Below are positions 41,951 to 50,977 of a stretch of 64,000 nucleotides of DNA, in pieces. The position numbers and the translations under genes were made by a program. Location of the stretch: NCBI GenBank assembly GCA_963806035.1, contig CAWDWO010000039.1, forward strand, positions 1-64,000. The letters run 5' to 3'. Under the pieces are notes generated by a model. The model was not told where the DNA came from. It was given only the letters and a program-made list of their open reading frames with translations, and searched no databases. Each line of letters opens with the position of its first letter. The first letter of the stretch is position 1. Origin of the DNA: Candidatus Krumholzibacteriota bacterium (GTDB lineage: Bacteria; Krumholzibacteriota; Krumholzibacteriia; JAJRXK01).

Positions 41951-41980
41951 TTGACATTTCGCCAGAGAGCGTGATAAACT
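41951..41980 (+). promoter_or_regulatory. Strong sigma70-type promoter of the surface-protein cluster
   Basis: TTGACA-18 nt-TAAACT with TGn extended -10. Confidence 0.65.
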
Positions 41981-42103
41981 CGCTCCGTCGAGTATTGGAT
42001 CGAAAGAGTGGAAGGAGGCTCAAAAGCAGGGAAATACGCGATTGTCCAAGCAGCTTGGTAATTCTACCGAGTCGCTGATAGAACCGTTTAGGAGGTGTCC
42101 TAG

Positions 42104-42715
42104 ATGTTCAACAAGAGGCTTTTCAGTCTCGTACTAACTGCGGGCCTGATTTTGGGTCTCGCCGGCCTGGCAATGGCCGGTGTTCCCGATCCGGGAGCTA
42201 GCGTTGTCTACACCACCGGTGGGGAAGCAACTCTCACCCCGGGTGGTCTGGCCCAGAGTCTCGCGACCTATGGCGTGTCTGTCACGGTCACGGTTCGCGA
42301 TGGTAATGGCCTGCCCATTCCGGCATTTCCCGCGCAGGATATTTGGCTGGATGACGACGGCAGTGCCGACATCAATCTTTGCCAGTCCGGTAGCACGGCG
42401 GATGCGCAGACTGACGGCGATGGCTTCACTACGATCTCCGGCATCATGTCCGGTGGTGGCAACACTCAGGGCGGTCTTTCCGCTTATGTGAGTGGTGTCG
42501 CGATCGCCGGTGGCCAGGGTCCGTCCCTCAGCATCAACCTCAACAGCCCCGACATCAACGGCGACCGTATCGTTGACTTGGGTGACATCAGTCTGTTCCA
42601 GGCCGATGTGCAACCGCCGAACAACGCATTTCGGTCCGACTTCACCCATGACGGAATCGTCGACTTGGGTGACATCAGCCTCTTCTCGTCCTGGATTGAC
42701 GACGTCTGTCCATAA
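42104..42715 (+). CDS. Secreted Ig-like protein with C-terminal dockerin-like duplicated Ca-binding repeat
   Basis: Signal peptide (AMA|G); DINGDRIVDLGDISLF and DFTHDGIVDLGDISLF; AGGAGG RBS. Confidence 0.8.
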   Translation: MFNKRLFSLVLTAGLILGLAGLAMAGVPDPGASVVYTTGGEATLTPGGLAQSLATYGVSVTVTVRDGNGLPIPAFPAQDIWLDDDGSADINLCQSGSTADAQTDGDGFTTISGIMSGGGNTQGGLSAYVSGVAIAGGQGPSLSINLNSPDINGDRIVDLGDISLFQADVQPPNNAFRSDFTHDGIVDLGDISLFSSWIDDVCP

Positions 42716-42822
42716 GAGAGGGACTGTGAGGTTTGGGTGCGCCTTGCGCACTCGTTTTCGAGCAAGCGTGCGCCAGTGTTCACACAATAACCATTGGCTC
42801 ACCTCTCTAAAGGAGATGGCTC

Positions 42823-43407
42823 ATGCTTAAGAAGGCAATGTTTCTCACGCTCATCCTGCTCATGGGCGTCGTGGTGAGCGCGTCAGCGCAAATGACGACG
42901 ACCGCGGGCTGCACCATTGGTGTTTTCGCGGATGAGGCAGGAACGCAAACGGTAATTACGCCGTTACGTGACCAGGGCAACCCCTACTTCTTCCTCGACG
43001 TGTATTATGTGATTCGCGTCGAAGATCTGGTATTGGGTGCTGCCTGGTATCGTAGTGTCACGGGCTTCTCGGCCTCGACCTACGATATCGACTGGCAATC
43101 CTACGGTACCTTCATCGATGATCGGCCGGAAGGCTGGCGCATCGGCTTGGGTACCTGCCAACTGGGGTATGGCGGAGCTGCCATTCCCATTATGAAAGAG
43201 ACACTTCTCTTGGTGGATGACTACCAGGGTGGAACCGGTAGCATTCAGGTCATTCCGAACACTCTCCAGCTTCCGGCAGGCATGGTTGCCTACTCGGACT
43301 GCCTTGGTGAAGTAAAGGGTTGCCCTGGAATGGGTTCGCTGACCATCGAGAGCGTCATTCCCGCTCCGGGAAAGAGCTTCGGTGCCGTGAAGGCTCTCTT
43401 TCACTAG
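42823..43407 (+). CDS. Secreted beta-sandwich protein with C-terminal SFGAVKALF tag
   Basis: Signal peptide (ASA|Q); IGVFADEAGT; AAGGAG RBS; terminal motif. Confidence 0.8.
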   Translation: MLKKAMFLTLILLMGVVVSASAQMTTTAGCTIGVFADEAGTQTVITPLRDQGNPYFFLDVYYVIRVEDLVLGAAWYRSVTGFSASTYDIDWQSYGTFIDDRPEGWRIGLGTCQLGYGGAAIPIMKETLLLVDDYQGGTGSIQVIPNTLQLPAGMVAYSDCLGEVKGCPGMGSLTIESVIPAPGKSFGAVKALFH

Positions 43408-43610
43408 CTTGTAGCCCATTGGGCTGTACGCTGTCGCGATCACAACGGGTGGGTGGCGAAAAGTCCTTGGTGGCCCGACGCCATCCGCCAAAACCCCGCT
43501 GGAGATTTGCTCGATCCAGAGCATCTTGAAGGCACAACAGAGGCAACCGTGGGATGAGATCCGTAATGGCTCCCCACTGCCTTGCTGTAATGACAACGGA
43601 GGACTTCTTC

Positions 43611-44276
43611 ATGAAGAAGCTAATGATTCTCGCCGCGGTTCTTGGCATTCTCGCCATGGCTTCCATGTCGTTTGCCCAGAATATCGGTGTTACCTTCGAT
43701 GAGAGCGGGACGCAAACGGTCATCGATGGCCGCACGGACCTCGTCCCGAATCCCGCTCTTGGCAACCTGCCGTCGGCTCAGATCTTTGTCGTCGCGTATG
43801 ACATTCCTGAGCTCTTCGGTTACGAGTACTACATCACTTCCAGCGACGCCACGGCGATCGTCGGAACGCCGGTCTTCTACCCCTCCACCAGTGCCAACTT
43901 CGGTTCCAATGGTGACGTTCGTGTAGGCACCGGCAAGTGTTTCACGCTGAGTGACCCCGAGGCAGGACCCAACCCGACGAACATCCGTCTGGCGAAGCAC
44001 ATCTACAGCTGGTTCACCACGCCTGCGTTGGACGTGACCTACTGCATCGGACCCATTCAGCAGGGTTCTTACGCGGCTCCGAACTACACCGAGTGTGTGC
44101 AGAGCCCGACTCCCCTGCCCTTTGGTATCGCGAATCACTCGCTCGACAGCTGCACCCCCGACGGTTGCGCGGTTGTCGTCTTCGAGTGGGACGATGCTAC
44201 CACTCCTCACAACTGCCAGCGTGACGTTGTCGGTTCGCAGGAGAAGAGCTGGGGCTCGCTGAAGTCCAGCTTCTAA
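43611..44276 (+). CDS. Secreted beta-sandwich protein with C-terminal SWGSLKSSF tag
   Basis: Signal peptide (SFA|Q); IGVTFDESGT; GGAGG RBS; terminal motif. Confidence 0.8.
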   Translation: MKKLMILAAVLGILAMASMSFAQNIGVTFDESGTQTVIDGRTDLVPNPALGNLPSAQIFVVAYDIPELFGYEYYITSSDATAIVGTPVFYPSTSANFGSNGDVRVGTGKCFTLSDPEAGPNPTNIRLAKHIYSWFTTPALDVTYCIGPIQQGSYAAPNYTECVQSPTPLPFGIANHSLDSCTPDGCAVVVFEWDDATTPHNCQRDVVGSQEKSWGSLKSSF

Positions 44277-44314
44277 GCTAGATAGGACCGATTCTTCCTC
44301 ATCGAGGAAGATGA

Positions 44315-44348
44315 CGCGGCTCCGATTCCTCGGAGCCGCGTTCATTTA
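44315..44348 (+). terminator. Probable intrinsic terminator
   Basis: CGCGGCTCCGA-ttcc-TCGGAGCCGCG then TTCATTT. Confidence 0.65.
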
Positions 44349-44647
44349 TGCCCGAAATGGATCCGGACTATCGCCAGGGCCCTTTGATTCGTATATTGCC
44401 AACGTTCCGTCCGGTTGAGGCATCAGGAGTTCCCAGTTCGAGCCGCGGCGGGAATTCACTTGACCTCTCCGGGGGTGCGTGGTACTTGAAACCAGATTCC
44501 ATGGGGCACGCGGCTTTCCTTCATTGGCGAGGCGGTGGGGTTTTGTCCGCGACGTGGAAATCTGGACAATCGTAGGCTCTTATCCAAACGGCCCTGCGTG
44601 CGAGTTCGCCGCGCGAACGGGCCCGGGATTTTCAGAAGGAGTTTCGT

Positions 44648-45397
44648 ATGAGGAAGACGGCCATCGGCGTTCTGGTTGTGTTGGCGATGGCAGCGGGGTG
44701 GTTCGCTCCCGCGGCAGCAGTTGACGCGCCTTACAATCCATGGGGCTGGATGTTCCTGAGTGTGGATCAAAAGGCGTACACCTGCAGCGGAAGCTACACC
44801 GCCGGCCAGACGCTTTCGATCTACGTTATTCTCGAATGTCCCAACTGGGGCGTCGCAGACAATTACTTCGGCATGGAGGCCGGGGTAGACTATCCGCAAC
44901 AGATGTTCAATACGAGCATGACCTCGGACGAGGCCCCCGCTTCGGCGTTCTTCGCCAACAGCTGCGCCGGCGGACACTGCACCTGGGCCATGGGCACGGG
45001 GACTCCGATCAACATCAATCCCTGGACCGCGGTGACACTGAATTTCGTGGGATTCACCGACGTGGAGAACCTCGGCTTCAGTCTGACACCGCGCGACAAC
45101 TTCAGCCCGCGTACCCTGGGCGGTCCCGGCTGGGCTTACTATGACAACGTGGATCCCCCGGTGCTGCCGCTGCAAGCGGGTGACGGCACCCTGGCCCATC
45201 CCGGTTGGCAGCAGGGCTTCGTCATGCTGAATTACAACCAGGCCACGGCAGCAGACACCCCGTTCCCGCCCACGGTCTTCCGTGACGACGGGTCGGGTGC
45301 TCCCTGGCCGCTGATGTCGGCTGGCGATCCTTGCAACCGCGCAAAGATCGTCCCCTCGCAGGAGAGCTCCTGGGGTTCGCTGAAGGCCTCGTACTAG
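44648..45397 (+). CDS. Secreted beta-sandwich protein with C-terminal SWGSLKASY tag
   Basis: Signal peptide (AAA|V); AAGGAG RBS; SIYVIL, FGMEAG; terminal motif. Confidence 0.8.
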   Translation: MRKTAIGVLVVLAMAAGWFAPAAAVDAPYNPWGWMFLSVDQKAYTCSGSYTAGQTLSIYVILECPNWGVADNYFGMEAGVDYPQQMFNTSMTSDEAPASAFFANSCAGGHCTWAMGTGTPININPWTAVTLNFVGFTDVENLGFSLTPRDNFSPRTLGGPGWAYYDNVDPPVLPLQAGDGTLAHPGWQQGFVMLNYNQATAADTPFPPTVFRDDGSGAPWPLMSAGDPCNRAKIVPSQESSWGSLKASY

Positions 45398-45436
45398 GCC
45401 TTCTTCTCGGCCCCCAGGCCGAAGCTGATCGATAGC

Positions 45437-45468
45437 GAGGAGGGTCCCACCGTGGGCCCTCCTCTTTT
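45437..45468 (+). terminator. Intrinsic terminator
   Basis: GAGGAGGGTCCCAC-c-GTGGGCCCTCCTC followed by TTTT. Confidence 0.75.
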
Positions 45469-45506
45469 CACGCCTGGGGGCGGCAGTGGGGAAGTGACGC
45501 GCTGAA

Positions 45507-45536
45507 TTGACCCGGAGTTCCCTCTGCGCCTATACT
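45507..45536 (+). promoter_or_regulatory. Sigma70-type promoter of the C25 gene
   Basis: TTGACC-18 nt-TATACT. Confidence 0.6.
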
Positions 45537-45657
45537 TGCAGCATAGGCCGCTGTGCCGGCCTGCCTGGATGGGCTCACGCTGAGGAGTGATTCCCGCGGT
45601 GGGGTCCCCGTGACAGCTCTCTCCCCTGAAGAACCCCCCTGAGACAAGGAACGGCCC

Positions 45658-48600
45658 ATGCCGCGTCACATCCGTTTGCTCCTCTGCCTCGCAGTGGTTC
45701 TGAGCGTGCAAGTTCGAGCGCCGAAAGCCAGCGCCGCTCCCGCCGGCTGGCAGCTGCTGGAGAGCAGCGCGCAGCGCCTGCATCTGCGAATCGAGGTTCC
45801 ACCGGCCAGCGTGAAGACGGTGGAGGTGGAGGGGAGGAGCTACTCCGCGCTGAGCATTCCCGGCTACTGGCCCCTCGCTGAGCCCGGGCTTCCTCTGCTG
45901 CCCCAGCGCGGGGCCTGGATCGCGCTTCCCCCCCGCGGAGAGGCGCGCGTTCGTGTGGAAGGACTCACCACCCGCCCCCTGCAGATCACTCGCCTTCTGC
46001 CCTACGCCACTCCCGTGACCCCACCGCCGGGCCTGAGTATCGAGTCGTTGAGCGGGCTGGAGAGTGGCAATGAGAAGATCGTCGAGGGCCCGGGCTATGC
46101 CAGCTTCCGCAGCGGCAGCGACGAGCTGGTGAGTTTGGGCGAGGCGGTCTGGTCCCACGGCCAACGGATGGCGCCCTTGCGCGTACGACCTTTTCTCGTG
46201 GACTCTGCGGATGGTCCGGTGCAGCAGCTCAGCTCGCTGGAACTGGTGATCGAGTTTCCTGCGGGCAGTGTGAGTGCGCCGGCGGCGGGCAGTCCGGATC
46301 CTGCGACCCTGGCCCGCGTCCTCAATCCAAAAGTGGCGGCGGGCTGGCACGCGGAGAGTCCTCAGACGCGTCTGCGACGCTCGGCGGCCCTGCAGCCGGC
46401 CCCGCAGCTCCAGAAGTCCGCGACGGCCACACTTGCGGCCGACCAGATCATCCCCATGGACCAGCTGACCCTGCTGAGCGACGAGTATCGCATCCCGGTT
46501 GCGGCGGGGGGGTTGGTGCGCGTGCACCTTGCGGATCTCTTCGGTACTCTGGGATTTCCCGCTGGAATCCGTCATGATCAGCTGCGGCTCTACCAGAAGC
46601 GTCCTTCGCCTCCGGGGAGCGCGAGCTACCCCAATCCCCTGAGTGTCGACGTTCCCTTCCACTACTTCGGGAATCCGGATCCGCAGAGCGAAATTACCAG
46701 CGGCGACATCATCATCTTCGATGCGACTCCTCTGGATCGCGACAATCTGGAGCGGCCGGTGGGAGTGGGAACCCTCCCCGCGGCGATGAGTGAGAGGGCG
46801 GGAAATTACAACGCGAACAACGTGTACTGGTTGGCCGCCATCGAGCCCAGCCTGGGGGCCTGGGCAAGAATGGACACGGAGAGTTTTGGCGCTGCCAGTG
46901 GTACGCCGCGCCAGTACTACGACTACCAGGAGTCCTTCAGTCAGGACGTCTACTACCAGCCGCATCCGGTCAAGGTCGCCGACACCTGTTACCTCTGGAA
47001 TTCTCCGCTCGTCAGGGAAACGAGGCTTCCCCTGCGGCTCCGAGCGCTGGATCCGACTTCTCCCATCGTGGTGCGATGGGTCTTCGCGAGCAGTCTCCAC
47101 GCTCCAGTGGCCGATCCGGTGGGTCAACAGCTGGCGACCAGTTTCTATCTGGAAAACGAGGACACCAGCAATCGCACCCTTTTGAGAACGGTGGACGTCA
47201 ACGATGCCACCGGAGCCACCCGCCCCGGAACCTACAGTAGCCCCACCGCGGTCAGCGATACGGTGTCGGCGGGCATTTTCGCGCCGGGTCCCATTCGCTT
47301 CCGCTTTCACAACGTAAACGAGAGCAGCTCGCTGTTTCACTTCGTCATGGTCGACAGCGTGAGCCTCAGCTATCGGGCGGCCTACGCGGCGGATTTCAAT
47401 CGAGCCGCCTTCAACACGGGCGTGGTTTCCCAGGAGGCCAGCCTCTCGATTCCGGGCTTCGATTCGCCGGAGATATTCCTGCTGGAAACGAGTGATCCGC
47501 GCTCTCCACGCTGGGTCGACCTGAAGCCGGAGAATCTGGTGGACGCTGGCGGGACGACTTCGATCAGCCTGCAAGTCCCGCCCGAGGGACAGAGTCCTCG
47601 CTCCTTCGTGGCGGTGGCCTCGGTGGAGATTCCCCGGATCAATCAGGCCGAGATCACGCGCGGCTCCACGACGGTTCTCACCGCGAGCATGAATCCCACA
47701 CAGGTGCTGGTGATCGGCCCCCCGCAGTTCGAGGCCGCCATGCAGCCCTGGCTGCAATGGCGTCGTGACCACGACCATGACGGATGGAACTACGCCTACG
47801 TGGACGTGCAGGATATTTTCGATCAGTTCTCAGGAGGACTGCGCGCCCCTTCGGGCATCAAGGAGTTTCTGCACTACGCATACACCATGTGGAATGCGAA
47901 GGCGGTGATGCTCGTCGGCGACGCCAACGAAGACCACCGCCGCATCGTGCGCGAGAACAACCAGATTGCGGGAACGGAGGACTTCGTTCCCTGTCCCATC
48001 CATCTCCAGTACCTCAACGATTTCGAGGTCGTCGCTTCGGACAAATGGTACGTGATCTTCGACATCGACGATTCGCGCTATCCCGCTTTGCTCAACAAGG
48101 GTCCGGACATGCTCTTTGGACGCTTGCCGGTACATGACGCGGCGGAGGCTTCCTCGGCAGTGGCCAAGATCATCGCCTACGAGCAGCCCACCGCGGCTCA
48201 GACCTGGCGCAAACGCGCGATCATGGTGAGCGATGACGCCTACAGCACGGGATTGTTCCTGGGAACCGGGGGGGACCAGGTCTACAAACTGAACAGCGGG
48301 GAGCTGCTCTTTCAGTCCGTCCAGGCCCAGCTGGCGAATCAGGAGTCCAACTTCCTGGACGGCGCCATCGACGGAACCACCTGGGCCCTGGACGATTACA
48401 CCTCGCAGATTCGCGGAACCGATACTTCCTACCCCCTCAGCTTTCTCAACGTGGTGATCCAGGAAGTGGCGGCCACGGTCCGTCCCCAGTTTCTGGCCAC
48501 GCTCGCACAGGGTGCTTTCTTCGTCAGTTATCAGGGACACTCGGCCTACAACGTCCTCGCGCACGAGAGGCTCTTTCAGCACCAGCCGGGCGATCCCTCG

Positions 48601-49971
48601 CCGATCGGCACCATCGGCAACGATGGCAAGCCCTTCCTGTTTTTCGGAATGGGTTGTCACTTTTCCGATTTCATTCGTCCCACCGAACTCTCCACCAGCG
48701 ACTCACGCAGTCTTGGTGAGTCCATGCTGCTGCATCCCACCGCGGGCGCGATCGGCGTCTACGGCAGCAGTGCCTACGAGTTCCTCTCGCCGAACGTGGC
48801 GTTCGGTACGGTGATCGGCAACGCGTTCTTCGGCGATACGCGCAGCGGGCAAGTTTTGGGGGCGGACGATCCGCAGTGGATCGTCGGCGACGTGCTGGCG
48901 CAAGCCGAGTGGGATCTCTTCTCGGCACCGACGGCGCAGATTCCGCAGATGGTTGCGCAATACGAGTTGCTCGGCGATCCGCTCGTGCGATTGGATGCGG
49001 CGCCGCCGCGCGTGAGTGTCAAGAGCGACGGGACGAATGTCAGCGACGGGTCCTCCGTGCTCCCCGCCAGTGGTTCGCGCACGCTCTCACTGAGCGTGAC
49101 TGCGGTGGACGAATCGGGAGTGGACCGCATCGAATTGACTCAGCTCTCCGACGGACAATCGACGGACCTGAGCGATCTTTTGGTGCCGCAGAGCGGAGCC
49201 GGGCTCGATGCTCGTAACTGGTTGTCAATTGCTGACTTGCCGGTGCAAGCGCGGGGCCGCGATGGCGGTGTCAGCTACCAATTGCAGGTCTACGATCGGG
49301 CCTATCCGCAGCGACGGCCGACGAGCTTCAGCTTCAAAGTACCCTTCGAACTCACGGTGGACGTGGACGGCGAAGTCTTGCCCAGCGAAGGTCGTGAAAT
49401 TCCCGCTGGCAGCACGAGCGTGCTCTCGCTCGATTTCACGAGTCCAATTTCGCTGACCGCGACGGAGATCGAAGTGGAACTCACCGGGCTCACTCTGCAG
49501 GGCAGCATCGACAAGCAGATGCAGGATACCGAGGGGCGGCATTGGATCGTGAGCTTTGAAGCTTCCGGACTGGCGGGGAGTCAACAGCAGAGCATTCTCT
49601 TGAAACTCGCGGGAAGCGATACCGAGATTTCCCTGGCCGGCTCGATTGCCAAGGTGGCCCTTGCCATCAAGGATCACTTTCCCATTCCCAACCCCGTCGA
49701 TCCGGCGCAGGGTGGTGCGCGGATCGTGGCGGATCTCACGGTTCCCGCCGCTTGGGCGCGCGTGACGATCTACGATCTCAGTGGAAGACCGGTGACGAGC
49801 TGGACGGACGATACTCTCGGGTCCGAGACGACCATCGTACTGCACTGGGACGGACGGGATCGCAGGGGGGACGAACTCGCCAATGGCACCTACCTCTATA
49901 GAATCGAAGTTGCGGGCCAGGACGGCGAGGTGCACGGCGGCGATACCGGGCGGATCGTGGTGATGCATTGA
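45658..49971 (+). CDS. C25 family cysteine peptidase (gingipain/PorU-like) with propeptide and C-terminal FlgD-Ig/T9SS-CTD-like domain
   Basis: Signal peptide; PGLPLLP propeptide; NVYWL; IFDQFSGG, LVGDA, SDKWY, GRLP, catalytic YQGH and GCH, LLGDP; PNP..IYDLSGR..WDGRD..NGTYLY. Confidence 0.88.
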   Translation: MPRHIRLLLCLAVVLSVQVRAPKASAAPAGWQLLESSAQRLHLRIEVPPASVKTVEVEGRSYSALSIPGYWPLAEPGLPLLPQRGAWIALPPRGEARVRVEGLTTRPLQITRLLPYATPVTPPPGLSIESLSGLESGNEKIVEGPGYASFRSGSDELVSLGEAVWSHGQRMAPLRVRPFLVDSADGPVQQLSSLELVIEFPAGSVSAPAAGSPDPATLARVLNPKVAAGWHAESPQTRLRRSAALQPAPQLQKSATATLAADQIIPMDQLTLLSDEYRIPVAAGGLVRVHLADLFGTLGFPAGIRHDQLRLYQKRPSPPGSASYPNPLSVDVPFHYFGNPDPQSEITSGDIIIFDATPLDRDNLERPVGVGTLPAAMSERAGNYNANNVYWLAAIEPSLGAWARMDTESFGAASGTPRQYYDYQESFSQDVYYQPHPVKVADTCYLWNSPLVRETRLPLRLRALDPTSPIVVRWVFASSLHAPVADPVGQQLATSFYLENEDTSNRTLLRTVDVNDATGATRPGTYSSPTAVSDTVSAGIFAPGPIRFRFHNVNESSSLFHFVMVDSVSLSYRAAYAADFNRAAFNTGVVSQEASLSIPGFDSPEIFLLETSDPRSPRWVDLKPENLVDAGGTTSISLQVPPEGQSPRSFVAVASVEIPRINQAEITRGSTTVLTASMNPTQVLVIGPPQFEAAMQPWLQWRRDHDHDGWNYAYVDVQDIFDQFSGGLRAPSGIKEFLHYAYTMWNAKAVMLVGDANEDHRRIVRENNQIAGTEDFVPCPIHLQYLNDFEVVASDKWYVIFDIDDSRYPALLNKGPDMLFGRLPVHDAAEASSAVAKIIAYEQPTAAQTWRKRAIMVSDDAYSTGLFLGTGGDQVYKLNSGELLFQSVQAQLANQESNFLDGAIDGTTWALDDYTSQIRGTDTSYPLSFLNVVIQEVAATVRPQFLATLAQGAFFVSYQGHSAYNVLAHERLFQHQPGDPSPIGTIGNDGKPFLFFGMGCHFSDFIRPTELSTSDSRSLGESMLLHPTAGAIGVYGSSAYEFLSPNVAFGTVIGNAFFGDTRSGQVLGADDPQWIVGDVLAQAEWDLFSAPTAQIPQMVAQYELLGDPLVRLDAAPPRVSVKSDGTNVSDGSSVLPASGSRTLSLSVTAVDESGVDRIELTQLSDGQSTDLSDLLVPQSGAGLDARNWLSIADLPVQARGRDGGVSYQLQVYDRAYPQRRPTSFSFKVPFELTVDVDGEVLPSEGREIPAGSTSVLSLDFTSPISLTATEIEVELTGLTLQGSIDKQMQDTEGRHWIVSFEASGLAGSQQQSILLKLAGSDTEISLAGSIAKVALAIKDHFPIPNPVDPAQGGARIVADLTVPAAWARVTIYDLSGRPVTSWTDDTLGSETTIVLHWDGRDRRGDELANGTYLYRIEVAGQDGEVHGGDTGRIVVMH

Positions 49972-50029
49972 GCCCTCTCAAATCGTTTCGTCCCCGCCCT
50001 GAGCGCCCGATCTTCGGTATTCCCTGGAG

Positions 50030-50977
50030 GTGAGTCAGCTGAAGAATCCGTCTGACGATGCTGAGCTCTTCTCAGCTCTGCGCTCCCTGACCACGGAGGC
50101 GCGAAACCCCCGTACGCAATCCATCGATCTCGCCGACACCGAGGAAATCCTGACCCTGATTCATCAGGAAGACAGGACAGTGGCGGAGCGCGTGGGCGCG
50201 GCCATCGGCGAACTGGCCAAGATCGTGGAGCGAGTCAGCGCGGCCTTCTTGGCGGGAGGCAGCCTTTACTACGCGGGGGCAGGCACCTCGGGGAGACTGG
50301 GCGTTCTCGACGCAGCCGAATGTCCGCCGACCTTCGGTACAGCTCCCGAACAGGTCGTGGGCCTCATCGCCGGAGGTCACGAGACACTGGTGCGCAGCCG
50401 CGAAGGAGTCGAGGATCAACAGTCCGAAGGTGCCGCCGCGGTCGACGAGCATGAGCTGGGACCCAAGGACGTACTGGTGGGAATCTCGGCCAGCCGCCGT
50501 ACTCCTTTCGTGCACGGTGCCTTGAAGCGCGCGCGGCAGAGAGGAGCGTGGACCGCTTTTTTGGTGTGCAACGCAGTGGCGGGCGAGACGGAGGATGTGG
50601 CCGACTTGGTGGTGGAGATCGTCGTCGGTCCCGAGGCCATCACGGGCAGCACGCGAATGAAGTCGGCACTGGCTCAAAAGATGGCGCTCACCATGATCTC
50701 GACCGCCGCCATGGTCAGGATCGGCAAGGTCTACGAGAATCTCATGGTGGACTTGAGGCCGACCAGCAAGAAGCTGATGGAGCGGGCCAAGGGGATCGTC
50801 ATGCACCTGGGCGGTGTCGACTACGATGAAGCGTCCCGCTTGCTTTTGCTCAGCGATTGGAGCGTCAAGCCCGCGGTCATCATGGCGGCGCGGGGCCTGA
50901 GTCTGCAGGAGGCCAATGCTCGCCTGGAGAGAGCAGAGGGGTTCTTGCGCCGTGCCTTGCAGGAGGGAGCCAAGTGA
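50030..50977 (+). CDS. murQ: N-acetylmuramic acid 6-phosphate etherase
   Basis: GAGTSGRLGVLDAAECPPTF, GPEAITGSTRMK, GKVYENLMVD. Confidence 0.96.
   Translation: MSQLKNPSDDAELFSALRSLTTEARNPRTQSIDLADTEEILTLIHQEDRTVAERVGAAIGELAKIVERVSAAFLAGGSLYYAGAGTSGRLGVLDAAECPPTFGTAPEQVVGLIAGGHETLVRSREGVEDQQSEGAAAVDEHELGPKDVLVGISASRRTPFVHGALKRARQRGAWTAFLVCNAVAGETEDVADLVVEIVVGPEAITGSTRMKSALAQKMALTMISTAAMVRIGKVYENLMVDLRPTSKKLMERAKGIVMHLGGVDYDEASRLLLLSDWSVKPAVIMAARGLSLQEANARLERAEGFLRRALQEGAK

Noticed and set aside
45394..47778. 794-aa antisense ORF
   Set aside because: Shadow of the C25 peptidase gene
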